Positions 1-13,703 of a stretch of DNA of 64,000 nucleotides are shown in pieces. The notes under the pieces are model-generated. The model did no database searches, had not been told where the DNA came from, and worked only from the letters and a program-made list of their open reading frames with translations. The stretch is from contig NW_026515678.1 in the NCBI RefSeq assembly GCF_025526975.1, positions 248,001 to 312,000 of the forward strand. Direction: 5' to 3'. The stretch is from Fimicolochytrium jonesii (lineage: Eukaryota). Each line of letters opens with the position of its first letter. The stretch's first letter is position 1. The translations under genes and the position numbers were made by a program.

Positions 1-970
1 GTGGCTAGAGGCCGCTGAAACGGTACAGGTGCGGCCGTATAGGCATGACCAGTACCCGAGGTTCTTGACGCCCGCATACCCATATTACGTGAATGTGTTC
101 AGCATGATGGTTGGGTTTGTGCTGTTCTCCGCCGTGTTCTTGTGGAATAGGGAACCGGGGACGGCGGCTGGGAAGGGGGCAGCTGGCGCTTCCGCTAAAA
201 GCAAGTAGTAGTGCTCTCGTAGGGTGGGCGATAGTTTGATCTGATGATGCATATAGTCTTTGTAAATGCGCGAAAATGTACATACACTAGCGTCGAAGGA
301 AGGCGAATAGGGACCGGTGCAGGCGCTCTCAGTTTGTGATTGCTTTGCGCTAGCAAAGAACATACTTTGCTGTAACTGTTTCTACGTATGTTACCCTCGA
401 GCCCCGTTTCCCGCGTCGCAAGCTATGCGGCGTGTCCTCTGATCTCAACCCGTCTTGCACACCCCACCGCTATTGAGCGGAGCTCAGCAACTCCATCAAC
501 CGTCTAGCCACATCCACCGGTAACGGTCCCCCGCGGTAAATAAAACTACCGGGTTTTCCCGGCGGTGGGCGGGTTAGGTACTATGCCTGACTCTACGTAA
601 GGCGCGAATCGTAGTATTCTCCCGCTCATACAGTCGAATTCCAGTGATGAGCAGATCTCCTCAGCGGAGGTGGCCTGGTAGCTTGAGGAACGTGGCGCCG
701 AGTTGGTACACAGAGAGATCTCCCCAGCCGGAGAAGGTTCGCTAGGTCGTTGTGGTTGATTGCGGCGAGATTTGGTGTTCACTCCACCCGGCCGCTCATC
801 AGATGGGGTCTCTGCTGATAGAGAATCAATCCAAGCAACCCCTACGAACCAGTCTCGCTCGGTTGCCCAAACCCCCGTTCCCAACGACACCTATGCACCG
901 CATCACGACTCCACCGTCCTCCTCAACCCCCCCCCTTCCCCGTCCTATCTACACTCCCTTTTCCCGAATA

Positions 971-1298
971 CTACGCCGTCTGCCGAACACTCTGATCCTT
1001 CTCCAACGTCTCCCTCAACGCCTCCTGCCGCTCGAGCTCGCGGACGTTTTCGCGCCACTGCGCGCGGCGTTCGTCGTCGCGGACGAGGCCTACTCTCCTC
1101 GTCTAGGCGAATGTCGTACATAACAAATAGACAGAACGTTCGTGGAGGGTTTAGGTGGTGGGTAAAGACGAGCGTAGGACATGGGACAGGGGAGGGGTGT
1201 ACCTGAAAGCTCATATCCTGCCAGTAGTAGACGGCGGCGATGGTGGAGGCTGTGAAGATGCAGGAGGCGGCGAAGGTTGCTTTTGAGCGGGTGGACAT
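971..1298 (-). CDS. PET117: PET117-like cytochrome c oxidase assembly protein (2 exons)
   Basis: Exon 1 MSTRSKATFAASCIFTASTIAAVYYWQDMSFQ, a GT..AG intron of about 100 nt, then exon 2 TRRVGLVRDDERRAQWRENVRELERQEALRETLEKDQSVRQTA*. Size and the MS.SK.T / G..RD.ER / EQ.V pattern match PET117. Confidence 0.8.
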
Positions 1299-4200
1299 GG
1301 CTGGGGTTGGTGTGTGGTGCCGGGGGGTGACTTCGTAAGGTGATAGGTTTCTGTGGGCTCAGCGGCAGTTGCGGTGGCCGAGAAGGAGAGGAGGAGGAGG
1401 AGGTTTGTGCGTACTTGGCGTCTCCGCGGTTCGATGGGGAACTTGACAGTGACAAGCTGTCAAAGTTTCTTGCAGAGGTTTTGCTTCTGGGATGGACGGC
1501 CGTCCATAACACCCGGCCCTTACATCAGGAACTTCCGTCCGAGACGGTCAGCTTTCCAGCCGCAAACGCTCTCAAGAAGGTACTGTATTGTTTTGATGCA
1601 GGAGTTTGTCATGACGTACTCAAGGAACCAACAACCGACAACACTTTCAACACGCGGCCAGCATTCTTATCCGTTGCTGCTCTTTGGAATGGACGACTGA
1701 CCTGTCCCGCCGCACCGGAAGAGGAAGTCGCTTCCATCTCCACATGGTTTTTTCCTGTGGTACGACCCCAGCGGCACCTCGCTGGTGATCCCTGGGCTGG
1801 AACTTGTAAAGCCAGTCCGACCAACACGCCGAACTTCAAGTCCTTGGCCCAATGGGGAAAGGGCACAAAAAGAAGACCACCTTCACTGCGTCCTTCGGGA
1901 AACATGTATACCTAGGCGCGACCTAGCATGTATGCTTACTGGCGCACTTGCTGAGGAAAACTTGAAGTGCTGTCGCCTATTGGCGCCTATTGGCGCCTGA
2001 ACATGTTGCTGTTCGGGTGAGTATCATTCCCTGCCTTCCTCGAGAATATGTCTCATTGACGAGGGGCGCATCTCTTCACTAGTTTGCGAAATCGGACCGG
2101 AGACAGTTGGCAAGTATGACTTCCGTAGTAGACGACATGTACCCGCCCACGTTCGACGTGAAGAACGCCGTCATAATGAAGGTGTCACTTCGGGACTTTT
2201 TCAATTCGTTTGCGTTCTCCATCGTTCCCGAGGGCGACAAGGTTAGTAAAATTCTGAGAAACGATGTTACTGAGATCTATAGGGCTTACCATATTCCGCT
2301 CCCTTTCGGCTTCGTGTTTTCACTTTCGGGCCGGTAGACGGCTACGAGCGAACGTTGGGGAACGAAGTCCGCAAACACCCTCCGTAACGAGTTGTTACGC
2401 GTGAGCAGACAGCCAAACTTTCTTCAGGCCCTTCTCCCACTGAGCGGAGGGATATACCGTCTGGATCTACATACACTTCCGTTTATTCGGAGGGAAGGTT
2501 AGTTAGATTCGTAGCGATGCGGTGGACAGGAATGCGGACGAAGACTAGTGTGTGGGGCACGTAAGGCCACGCCCCTTGACTTGTTGAGCTCCATTTGAAC
2601 TTTTTAGACTCTAAGCTTGTATATTGCCAAGACGCCTCTTCTGGTGTCCGTCCGCCATGGCATGGCCACAAAAAGGGATGATTTTGTGAGGGAGCCGTTT
2701 TTGTGTCGGGAACTGTCAAATGGGTGTTAAAATGACAGTAATTGATTGAACATAACAGGTACGTCGCTTGGGGTTTATTTACAATCCCGCCCAATCTTGA
2801 GAAGGCCAAAGAGAACTTCCGAACACCCAGCGACGATCCAAGCTCCTTCACTTCTTATCGTGACCCTCAATCCTCTCCTCCCAATCCTTCTCCACTACGC
2901 CAACAATCTTTCTCGGGCTCGTCGGAGCTTCGGTCAAATCCGCAACAACCGTATGACCCTTCTCTTTAGGTGCGCTCTTGAGATCGTTGGCCTGGTTCGC
3001 AATACGGTCGTGCAGATGGTCATGTCTGGGCACCGCGTGCAGGGTATAGCCGCTGGAGGGTTCGTGGCCGATGGGCGTTTCTTTGTGGATCCGACCTTGA
3101 GGAATACTTTTTGATTAGGTTGAGAGATAGGTTTTTGCGGGGAAGCACGTCCGACACTCACCGTGAGCGGATCTGGTCACCTTTTCGTCTTGCATCGTGA
3201 GGGTCGCAACTTTTTTCCCTATCTTTCTTTGTTTTTCGTTCGGGTGGTTTGTCTGCTATGGTTTGTGTTGAGATGCAAACCGTCGATTACTTCGGCTGGG
3301 GAATTGTTTTCGGTGGATCTATACAGGAGAGGAGATGATGCCAAGTTGTCATAACTCGCCGTCTTTGTGACGTCAGTCTTCATAATCGTTCCCCATTGGA
3401 TCCCCCCCCCCCCCCCTCCCCCGCTGACTTGACGCCGCCAAAAACACTTCCTGCATTAATGGTCTGACAAATCTCGTTGAGGCCCGCTGTTATACAGTCC
3501 CATTTTGTGCTGTCGACCCGTAAAGCCCACCACCGTCAGGCGACGGGAACTCATACACATATATCCCCGAGGCTCAAGGATGGAGCGAAGCAAGCATCAT
3601 AGGGTGTTTTCGGGACGTCCGGCACGCCGGAGATACAAACTTGAATACACCTTCAAAATCATACATTACATGACAATGAGAACTATCGCTCATTGAAACT
3701 ATACACAGAAGACGACTTCAATCAATGCTCATCACCACCACCGACCATCAGTGCGTCTTGTGGCGCCCGGTGTGGAACCTCGCCTCACGGTTGTCCACCT
3801 TCGAGTTTGGTTGGAGCTTGTGATCCTCTGCAGCTTCGTGTTGAGATTCCTGTTTCTTGGCAATCTCGCTTGCCGGCTAAGACGACGAGAATAAAGAGTA
3901 TGAGTAAAAATTCTCCCTAAAGAGAAGTTGCACCTCGCCACAAATCGGCTTACAGGCCCTCTACCAAATTCGGCAAACTTTGCAACTTCTGGGTCTCGCT
4001 CGATGCCTAAAAGTGAATGGTTAAATTGATGTACAGCATCCACTCGCATATCAATTACACATAACAATGTACCTTCCGTGAATTTCCGCGGAGGGTCCTG
4101 CGGCACTCCTGGTGCTCTGGGAGGAGCAGGGGCCTCATATTGTCGAACCGTGTCGCCGGAAAGTGAACTCATGATGGATGATGGTCGTGTTGGTTTGGAA

Positions 4201-7200
4201 GCTGTTTTGCAACGTAGTGCGCAAGATCTTGTGCAATTCGACGGCAAGGACGGGTTAGGTTGGGGACTTCGAGAGGACGTTATGAGTTTGGGGACTTGAA
4301 GCTTGGCGGACACCTTGAATCTTGGAGGCCTGTATTACCTCTTGCAAGAACAGCAAGCCAATAACAAAGATCCCGTCTTGACACACACAACGGGGCCTCT
4401 TCAACGCGTCAGCCACGTCTTTTCCCCCGACGGACCAAAGCAGCGCCTGGAATGGATGACAGTGCATGACGCAGGACAGCAATCTTAAGTGAACTGCAGT
4501 CTTACAGATAGAGCAATGAGGCAAGTGAGTTTGTACGCTGTGTCGAAGTGCACCAAACTTCAGCACTACGGGCTTGCACGTAATGGGACAGCACATGTGA
4601 ACATATGCACCTTTCACCGTGGTAGAGTACCTGCCGTATTTGTGGTCCAATGCCCCGCTCACGGCTTATATTCGACGTATGATTTATCTCAGTTGGGCAA
4701 CTTCCAACGTATTCTGGTGCCTGACATGTTGCTTGTCAGGGTTGGTCGTGGTTGCCTGAGCTTCACTCTCAACCCGACATATTCCCTTTCAGTCAGATGC
4801 TGCATCAAAGAACCGGGCCTATCACGCTCTTTGTCCTTCGCGATAGCGCTCTAGTGCTTTTTGTTAGTGTGGTCTTATTATCCCAGGCAGTTTCTGCCGG
4901 AGGATAACCGCTCTGTCCGCGTCTGACATAAGAGGTTGTCGGATCGGAGAGCAAGCACCCTTGTTTTCCGTAAAAAAAATCCTGCCCGGGCGAGGTCTTG
5001 GCGAAGACTGAACTTCAAAGCCGCTTACTGTGTCGTCGTAGCTAGCCAGCAGAGCAGAGCACGGATCGGGTCGCTGGGGCACATGTGGCATCTCCAGTTG
5101 CCCAATCCGGTCCATCGTTTTTCTCTTAAGGACTACTCTTGCCCACATTGGCGATCGCGATCGTGCAGTCGATGATCTTCACCTGGAGGCTCTTCCTGTT
5201 GTTTCTCTCCTTTCTCCTCCTGCGGTTGGTCCTGTCCCTGTCTCGCTTCCATTTTCCTCAGAGTTCATACCTTGGTACTGACGTGATTTGATCTGTTCCT
5301 CCGTACGGACCAATCACCCTGCCAGATTTGATATTGGAGTCCAACATGTGGATCTTGCTAAAGCCGTTGGTGCTTTATAAGCGGCGGTCGCTCATAGGGA
5401 CACGAAGAGGCCTTGTTCAGGGATGCTGGATGATATGTGCGGGAAGAATTCCGCTCCGTGATTGACAGCACCCTGTCAATTTCAAAGAAAGCGACAAGGT
5501 AACATACTGTCACATTCAAGAGACTAAACTAGCACTCTCAAAGATCGTTCCCGCTTGCATTCTCCCGTTTTAGCCAGCCTCTGGTAGTATGCGACTGTCA
5601 CAGCGTCACCTGCAACGTACGGCGCTCGTGCAGCACGGGTGACGCTTAACCCTTGATGAATATCAACCGCTTTGATGGTTGTTAGATATCTCAGCCTCGC
5701 AGCGAAACCAAGATGGATCAATTGATTTTGCACATAGCGCGATTAAAAGGAAGCGCGGAGAGCTGGTGGTACGTGGCTTGATAGGGTCCCGACTGTTTTA
5801 TACGTTCCCGTGGTAGACATTTCCCGATGCTTCAAAACGGAAGGTTTGTGAACGGGGATATGTGCATAGCCCAAGGCTTGCCGCGGTGGAAGGAGCTTAC
5901 CCGAGCATCAAGATAAAACTGGTTTGCGGTGGGCACTCAGCTGAGCAAGGTGGTTCCGGAGATCCTACTCTCACCACTTCCGCCCCTCCCCAGCGCTATA
6001 TCGGTGCACCCGGTGGGTGACCTCAAATATTCTTTGCAGGCAATGGTAGTGTTGCGGGTTACGATTCGCAACTGGCCGCAAGATCTCTAGACAGGCGTGA
6101 TGTGCGCTCGTGGCTGGTGACTGTGGCTGGCAGTTCGCCACATTTCTCAAGGACTCTGGTCTTCTATAAGCTCGTGGGAGACAATCAAACGCTACGAAAC
6201 AAAAAATCGCAAAAAGTCTTCGGGATGAGAGATTGTTGTGTCACGCCCACAAAAACGCAAGATGCGGTGACACCCGCCCGTGGGGCGCTCATACTATAAT
6301 CCGGCGTTAAGTGAGGCTAATCAGCACCGAGCTCTTACGCTAGATACTTTGCCCGTTATGTTAACGTGCAAACCTTGATGTAGCCATATAAAACCGCAGG
6401 ATATCAAACCAGGCGGAGGCTGTGCTGTGACGGGGGACATTGATAGCAACCATGGTCATTCCGTACGGGCCCCAAATCAAAAGAAAGAAGGTCCTACTTA
6501 CTTCGGTTAGTCTAAGCGCTGTCTTCCGAGTTTCGTAGGAGTTTGTGATGAATATCGTGCTTGACTACACACATTGGGAACAGGGAAATGGGAGGACAAC
6601 AACCAGAGGAGCCACAAGCAACTCGTGGCAACTCCTTCAGCAACGCAAGCAATTTTGACCATACCGGTACAACCACCATCGCGAGCGCAAGATGAAAACT
6701 CCCGACAGAACCGCCCCTAATAACAGGAAACGTCTGTTCCTCAACACGATTGTCTTTCCGCCGACCCGTCGCTTAGCTTCCTTCGCCAAATTTGGTGGGT
6801 TGAAGTCCCCGCCGCCGACCGGGCAAGACCTCCTTTGTCTATGACTTTACGCGTCGCCCGTCACCGGCACCGCGCGTTGCCGAACGGTCGGTAACATGCC
6901 CTCAGACCGAGGGCTACCCTCGTTAGGGCTGGTTCTATCTCTCTATCCCGGGCATAGCTGATTTATTTCAGGGCATCGTTAGGCACAGCTTTATGGACCC
7001 TGACTGTGAGCTTCAGGACGATAATCCGGGACTCGCGCGCAGAGAATGTCATGGACAATCAATGATGATACACCCAAAGGATGCTCCATTCCCTAATGGC
7101 CATAAACTCGTTCCTAAGCAATGCCTGGAGCAATGCCCTCCCCCTCTGACCGGGTTTGAGATCTTGTTATCAGAAAGCAGCATTCCGGCCGGCTCAACCT

Positions 7201-8117
7201 ATCGGCTGCGACAACCTTAAACCTTGTCCCTGAATTTTTGGCTCGTCAAGTACCTCATCTACCTTTCCACCATACAAGGGCACCAGAGAACTTGGGTATT
7301 ACGTGCAAAATCAACGTTTATGCTCCATAGAGATGCTCATTCTGAAAGCCTCAGCGCCGGCAAAACGGACCTCAGGCAATCGAAGTTTGTCACTTGAGAG
7401 GAGGAAGAAAAGGTCGCTTATGTCAAAACGGACTCGATGGCCGAACCAGCCTTCTTTCGAGGCCTATACTGGAAGATTTTTGCGTACTCTATAACTTTAA
7501 AACATAAGCGTACAAGGGGATGTGAGTTTTTTGCCCTACGACGTCAGTTTTTCGTTGAGATCGATGGAAGGGATCTGCCCCGTGCTGCCTGGGCCTTTCT
7601 CAATTCCGAATCAGGGCGGACTTACATCCTGGCTCGAAGCGTCGAAATGCAGGGATCGGGATATGACACCTCGACACCTTGACAGTCTGACGTATTCTTT
7701 CCCCCGTCCGGCGTGGGTAGGGAGACATTACTCGGACCGACTCAGACTATTAGTTAGATTATGCCAAGCGGAGGGTGCAGGCCCTAATGGAGGACGGCGG
7801 GAGGGGTGGATTGGAAAAAAACATCAACCTCGACTCTAAGTGATGGCTGCCTGGAGTGAGTGATGTCAACCTGGGCATTCTCTGCAGGGTTCCCCGCGGG
7901 CACCATCACATCAGCGCTAGCCCAGCGGCCGATTTTTCGTAATTCTTTCCTTTCCCATCATGCAAACGTATTGCTCACTGGCACCCGGGGCGCCAATAAA
8001 GGTAGAGACTGTTCGCCTCTGTCCCGATACTGTCTGGCGAAGGAACCGCATCTGTCACCGAATACCCGGCGTGCAGACGAGTGATCCCAAAGCGAATCGA
8101 AGCAAGCAAGCCAGAAG

Positions 8118-11100
8118 ATGCACCACAGCTACATTTCGTCGCTTTTTGTCGTCTGGGCCGTGTGCTCTGTCGAACGCAGTGTTCGTGCCGATCCTCCGAC
8201 AATCAGGTTGGCGATGACTTTACCGTTCGCGCTATGGAATGTTAGCGGGAGCAGCATGGAGGAAAGGGCCATGCGCGGGGCTCGCATGGCAGCTGAGGAG
8301 ATTACGGTGTGGCTGTTCCATCGCTCCGTAAGTTTCTCATGGTTGCAGTCTGGAACTGATAATATCCTCGTCATCTGGCTTCTCAGGCAAACCCAGGGAT
8401 GTGGTTCGGCAGTGTTCCGTTTCAGGTACAAGCTATTGATGATGCTCTCCCGGATCGACAAGACTACGGTGCGTGATGGATCAATGCATACAATGCCCGC
8501 ACATTTTCCCCTTCCGGGGAAGTAAAGATAGTCATGATCTTTTGCGACAATATCACTAATTATGCACTTGTTGGTGTCTCCACTAAGAAACCCATTTTGA
8601 TTCCATTTCGTTTGAAATCTAGGCAAGCTCATCGCAACTGTCCAGCGCGACGTTATCAAGGATCTATCGAATGGGTTCAATGGAGTTCTAGGAGATCGAT
8701 ATTCGGCAGCGAGCAAAATGCTTTCCTATGCACTCGCGTCATCGGGGGTAGGTATACGGGTCAGATTGGCGCACCTCACCTCCAGATCCAGCAGCATGCA
8801 GATCCCAGGCCACGAGTTACTTCGCTTTTCTTTAACTCCACTGTTACTCACTTTGCATATACGCAGATCTTTCAATGTTCAGTATGGTCAACGAGCCCCG
8901 GTCTCGGCGACAAGGCATCGTTCCCAACTTTCTTCCGCCTAGTAGCCGACGACAACTTTCAAGCACTTGTTGTTCTCGATCTCATTCGCTCTCAGGGGTG
9001 GAAGAAGATTGGCGTCTTGGTTGGAGAAGAATCTTACGGGCAGGGGCTACTGGACAAGATACGTTCGAGCGTGGATTCGTACGGCATATCGTTGCTGGGG
9101 TCGTACACCTTTTACATGGACGATCCCGCCGGCGTCGAGTACCGAGTAAACCAGCTGAAGGATCTAGGAGCAAGGATCATCCTGCTCTTCCCGAACGGGG
9201 AGGCCGACGCTGTGAAAGTGTTTCGCGTGCTCAAAGCGAATGGCATGGTGGGATCGGATTACGTGTACATCGGAGGGGGACAACCTGCTTGAAGTTTATA
9301 AGGCCGCCGAAACGGACGAAGACCGAGCGAACCTACAAGGTTTGCTAATGACCGAACCGTTGGAGTACTCGCAGTTAACAAAGGGATTCGAGACCAAGTT
9401 TACACAAAGATGGGGTGTTGCCCCCCCGTCCGGCGCTGTCGCATGGTACGACGCAACGTATGCATTTGCCTACGCGTTCAAGAAGCTGATGAACGATTAC
9501 GGTTACTCTGCAACGGAGATATCCACCAACAAATGGCTCGAAAAAGGACTCAAGGTCAATCAGTTCACCAACTTTTCCTTTACCGGCGCCATGGGGAAAG
9601 CATCCTGGCAAGCGAACGGGGACTCTGCAAACGCGTTGTTCCACGTCCGCAATCTCGTTGGTTCTGAGTTCGTAGAGGTGGCGCTTGGCGAAGCTGGGGC
9701 ACTATCCCTTACTTCCAACATCGTGTTCGCTTCAGGCCTTACTACATCTCCGTCCGATTCACCAACATTGACGGATCAAACCATCGGATACAAGAAGAGT
9801 GCTCCTGCCGTTATCATCGCCATAGCTTCGGTCATGCTTGTGATTACCGCCGTGTCGACAGTGCCTCTCGTATTATTCCGTAACAACAAAATGCTGAAGC
9901 CAGTATCACCTTTGTTCATGGCCTTCTCTGCAACTGGCATGGTGTGTGTTTCCTCTCGATCTTCGTGGATGCTGTAGAAGTTCCAACGACGGTCTCTTGC
10001 AATTCGTACATGGCGTTGCTGACCGTCGGATTTGGAACGGTGGTGGGGGGTATTCTGGTCAAGTTGCGGAGGCTTTATAGGTAGGTTTTTATTCATCACC
10101 TCCCCTGCTATGGTCAATCACTCCTTGCATCTAGCCGTCTGGCTGATAAACTGGCAGGGAGGAACGGGACTAACCAGATCTTCGGTACAGAATTTTTGAC
10201 AACCGGATCGCCCATCGACGCGCGTCCAGCAATACGGAGCTCCTTGCTCAATCCGGCGCCATTCTCCTTATCGAATTGTTGCTTGTCTTCATCTGGTCCG
10301 GCGCTTTCCCGCTTCTCGCCAACGAGCACAACGACCTCCGTTACGCTACCCATTACTATCAATGCGCCTCATCCAATCATGGCGCAGGGGAGGCCATGAT
10401 GCTCGCCGTCTTTATCTACAACGGCCTACTCGTGTTAGCCTGCTGCTATTTCGCTTTCGCTACGCGGAACATTTACTCAGCATACAACGAGGCCAAAGCA
10501 ATTGGCATCGCCATTTACAACATTCTGTTCTGCGCTCTCATTATCCTTTTGACAAGATATCTGACTCCGCTGGCGCCAGTGCCATCCTTCCTTATCAGGA
10601 GTTCGTGCGTTCTTATCGCCGTTGGAGTTGCATACTGTGCTCTCTGCGGAAGGTTCCTTTACGGACTAGCTTCCGACAAGACTGCGGACAGGGGGACGCC
10701 CGGCGACGATGCGTTTGTTAAGGATGGCGCGGCCAATCGACGAGGGTTCGATAGCAAGCCGACCGCTCTGCCCTCAGGAGTTAAATCGGAACGCCTGCCC
10801 GTTCGCGGATCCACCCGCATTACCAGCAAGCAATGGCGCAATTTTACCGCTCATATCATGCTCAAGCCCGGTCCACTCTTCGTCCTTGTAAATGAGGAAG
10901 AGTCAGACAGAGCTCTAGCGGTGCCGCTCAACCAAGTTACCGTAGAGTTGAAAGACGATCGGTTTTCAATCCGCTGGCCGAGAGGGGAGGTAGAGGCTCA
11001 AGCCGAGAGCCCGCAAAGTGCGCAAGATTGGGTGACCGCCATTCGGTCCTTTACACGTGCCAACAGCTCTGTAAGTGCCGGGGCCGACATGGATGTTAAG

Positions 11101-11142
11101 AGGACCAGGGTCACATCCAGCATTGATGCCGGCATGCCTTGA
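8118..11142 (+). CDS. Class C (GABA-B-like) GPCR: signal peptide, Venus-flytrap/ANF domain, 7TM, C-terminal PH-like domain; two homopolymer frameshifts
   Basis: Spliced translation gives GVLGDRYSAAS, IFQCSVWSTSPGLGDKASFPTFFRL and GWKKIGVL..EESYGQGL (VFT). 7TM_3 motifs are LKPVSPLF, VKLRRLY|RIFDN (intron 10081-10190), YNGLLVLACCYFAFATRNI.SAYNEAKAIGIAIYN. Frame breaks lie near 9275 and 9950. Confidence 0.85.
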
Positions 11143-11221
11143 GACGACGTACTGTCAGGTAGCAAAAAGCTGTCTCTCCTCCTAGTTGAATCCAATTGGG
11201 GCTTTCATCAAAGTTGAAATA

Positions 11222-11550
11222 CAGTAGAGTGACAAAAGTTTCTAGCAATTTTATTTCGACATTTTCACACATTTCACCGCCGATGTCCCAAATGTTTTTC
11301 CCAAGCCCTGGTTATCAATTAATGGAATCCATTCAGGTCTTGGTCGAACCCCCTTTTGCGTTAATAACCATCTCCATGCGCTGTGACACACTCTTGTTAA
11401 GCGCTGTCAAAGTCCGAATGTCTAAACTAGCCCTTTCCGCCTTGACCAACAGTTCTAGCTCATCCAGGGTTTTCGGGCGGTGTTATGGACGACGCGTCCA
11501 CGTCATAAGCTTACCTCATCACGAAGCTTTGACAGTCTGTCACTGTACTG
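11222..11550 (-). mobile_element. Internally deleted non-autonomous Tc1/mariner element
   Basis: Left end TA|CAGTAGAGTGACA; the right end reads CAGTACAGTGACA on the minus strand. The interior minus strand encodes a Tc1 transposase C-terminus (RPKTLDELELLVKAERASLDIRTLTALNKSVSQRMEMVINAKGGSTKT*). Confidence 0.8.
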
Positions 11551-12061
11551 TCAACTCCCTGTCAAAACACGCTGCCGTGCGTAGCCGCACGCAGCCACAC
11601 CTGCGTCTATTCTATACCTTCTGGTGGGGAAACTTGTCATGTGCATCAACTAAGTGCCATCAAGGCAAAAGCCTCTATCTAACGTCCCCATCTATATATT
11701 ATGGTTACTACGGTTGCCCAACCTCATACCACAAATGGCTGCGAAACGGACGATAACGATACCGATCATGGATATTTGCGCAGGCAGGAATCTATTTAGA
11801 ATATTCGGATTACTATCCCTCTAGCATGTCATGAGCAACTACAATTTGATGTAAAGATTTCGGACACACTCCTACCACACTGCCGTAGGGTGACCGTTTG
11901 CGTTAACATACGACAGGAGGTTGAGGAAAGTCGAGTGTGTTTCAAGATGCAACATTTGCAATACCGGAATACTATGTAGAGAAACGACCGCCTTCTGTCT
12001 ACCCGCCGATCAACTATACTGGTGCCCTCCTAATCCTGCTCGAAAATGTTCAGTTCCGAAG

Positions 12062-13703
12062 TCAACCTTCAGTTTCGATGATTTCCAGGGATTGATACGT
12101 CCAGCTTCGGTTCGCCGCAGCCACTGCATAGAACTGCGGCGGAGGCGCCTGCCTTTCGGTCCGATGTGACAAACGAACTCCACCGGCGTGTTGTTTGGAG
12201 ATAAGGATCGGAGTTTTCAAGGTGTCCGATCGGATTTGCGGAGTCGTCGTCATGGTGTGAGCTTCCTCCACCGCGACGGGTGCCCATTGCAGCTGGCCAT
12301 CCGGAAGTTGACGCAGAGCAGTATGCAATATTGGCAGCCGATGTATCAGGACGACCGCCGTGAGAACAAGGAGGGCGAGGAGGGGTAAGGCTAGGGCGAT
12401 CATTGACACGGGTCCCACTTGAACGCACGCGTGCTGTCGGACGATGAGGTTCGGTGACGGGTCTTGGAAGTTGGTCATCATCGTCAGCAGTGTGGTCGGG
12501 AGCGTGGTACCTCCGAGGCAGCGGATGTCCTTGAACAACTCATTGTGGGTGACTCCATTCAAGTCATCGATGATGCCATACGGTAAGGCGCGGGTGTACT
12601 CGCCCACGCAGGTGTTCTTGTCGTTTTTGATGTATCGGTCAAAGAATGAAATGATGTACAATCGCCAAGGCCATTGGAAGCCTCTTTCGACGATCTGACA
12701 AGTGTGTCCACGGAACAAAGCGGTTCCTTCACGTACCACACCCTTAACATCTTTCGGAAGGAAAGTGACCCATTCGTCGAATAGGAGCGCAACGGCCATC
12801 ATTTTCACCATGACGACCGGTGAACCCACTTCATTTTGACCAGTCCATGTCGCAAGGGAGTGGAATAGCATCGCAGGAATGGTGGTACTTCCATCAGAGA
12901 TGCGCTGCGTCATAGGGTTCACGCCGTCTCCATGCCAAGCTGGTCATCAGGAACATCGGCAACGAGGTCCTCTCCAAGGCTGCGACGCGCAAAGTCCTTC
13001 ATGCTCCCAACGAAAGCTTGAGGACGGACGTCGGGCAAGCTAACGTTGACGCTTATGAAAGCTTGGCGTTCTTCATAGTCGCAGCTCAACAGGAATCCCG
13101 GCGTGTCTTGAACAGGTGGGGCCCAGCGAGCGCTTGAGGAGAAAACGTTCGGCACGAACCAAGGATCCTCGATCCGCATTTGATCGTACGCTTTGGCGAC
13201 CTCGCCTAGATGCTGATCAAATTCCTGAAGGCTGATGCCGTCTCCGCGAGCTTTGATTGCGGGCTCCGAGTAAAGTCCTTTGCCGCAACCAGATGTTGTT
13301 CTACGAAAATTTCAAGAATGAGTGATTCCACGGTCTTTTATTCCGAACGACCAATGACGAATAAGAGAACCTCATATCCGCCGCGATTAGCATACCCGAC
13401 AGGTAATCTACGTTTGAAGCTACCATGAGAGACGCACAGATGACTGTCAAATACCACGCCCGCCTCTGATACAGTCTCCAGAGCCCTGAGGCAATCCCCT
13501 TGGGGCATCAAGAGCCGAGCGTCTGCAGTCCCCATCCGTTCGAGACGAGACCAGACGTACGCCTTTGATATTCTGAGAAACCAGGCGAAAACCAACATCC
13601 AGAGCGCCATCAGCATGATCCTTGTTACCAGAAGCGTCTTGCGCAGGATCTCCTGGTCAGTTCCATCCTTGAAGAGGACAAATCTGAACATGGCCGGTGC
13701 CAT
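12062..13703 (-). CDS. Uncharacterised membrane protein (several ORF segments; spliced or disrupted)
   Basis: Collinear minus-strand ORFs 13338-13703, 12919-13179 and 12062-12922 with N-terminal and C-terminal hydrophobic segments (MIALALPLLALLVLTAVVLI). No recognised family. Confidence 0.4.

Noticed and set aside
1..560. Possible end of another mobile or viral element at the window start
   Set aside because: No match to the 61132 terminus and no recognisable protein.
1340..7900. Scattered protein-like ORF fragments, including a possible decayed kinase-like stretch at about 3.9-4.7 kb on the minus strand
   Set aside because: No recognisable motif or consistent splice structure. Possibly degraded genes or TEs, but I cannot support a call.
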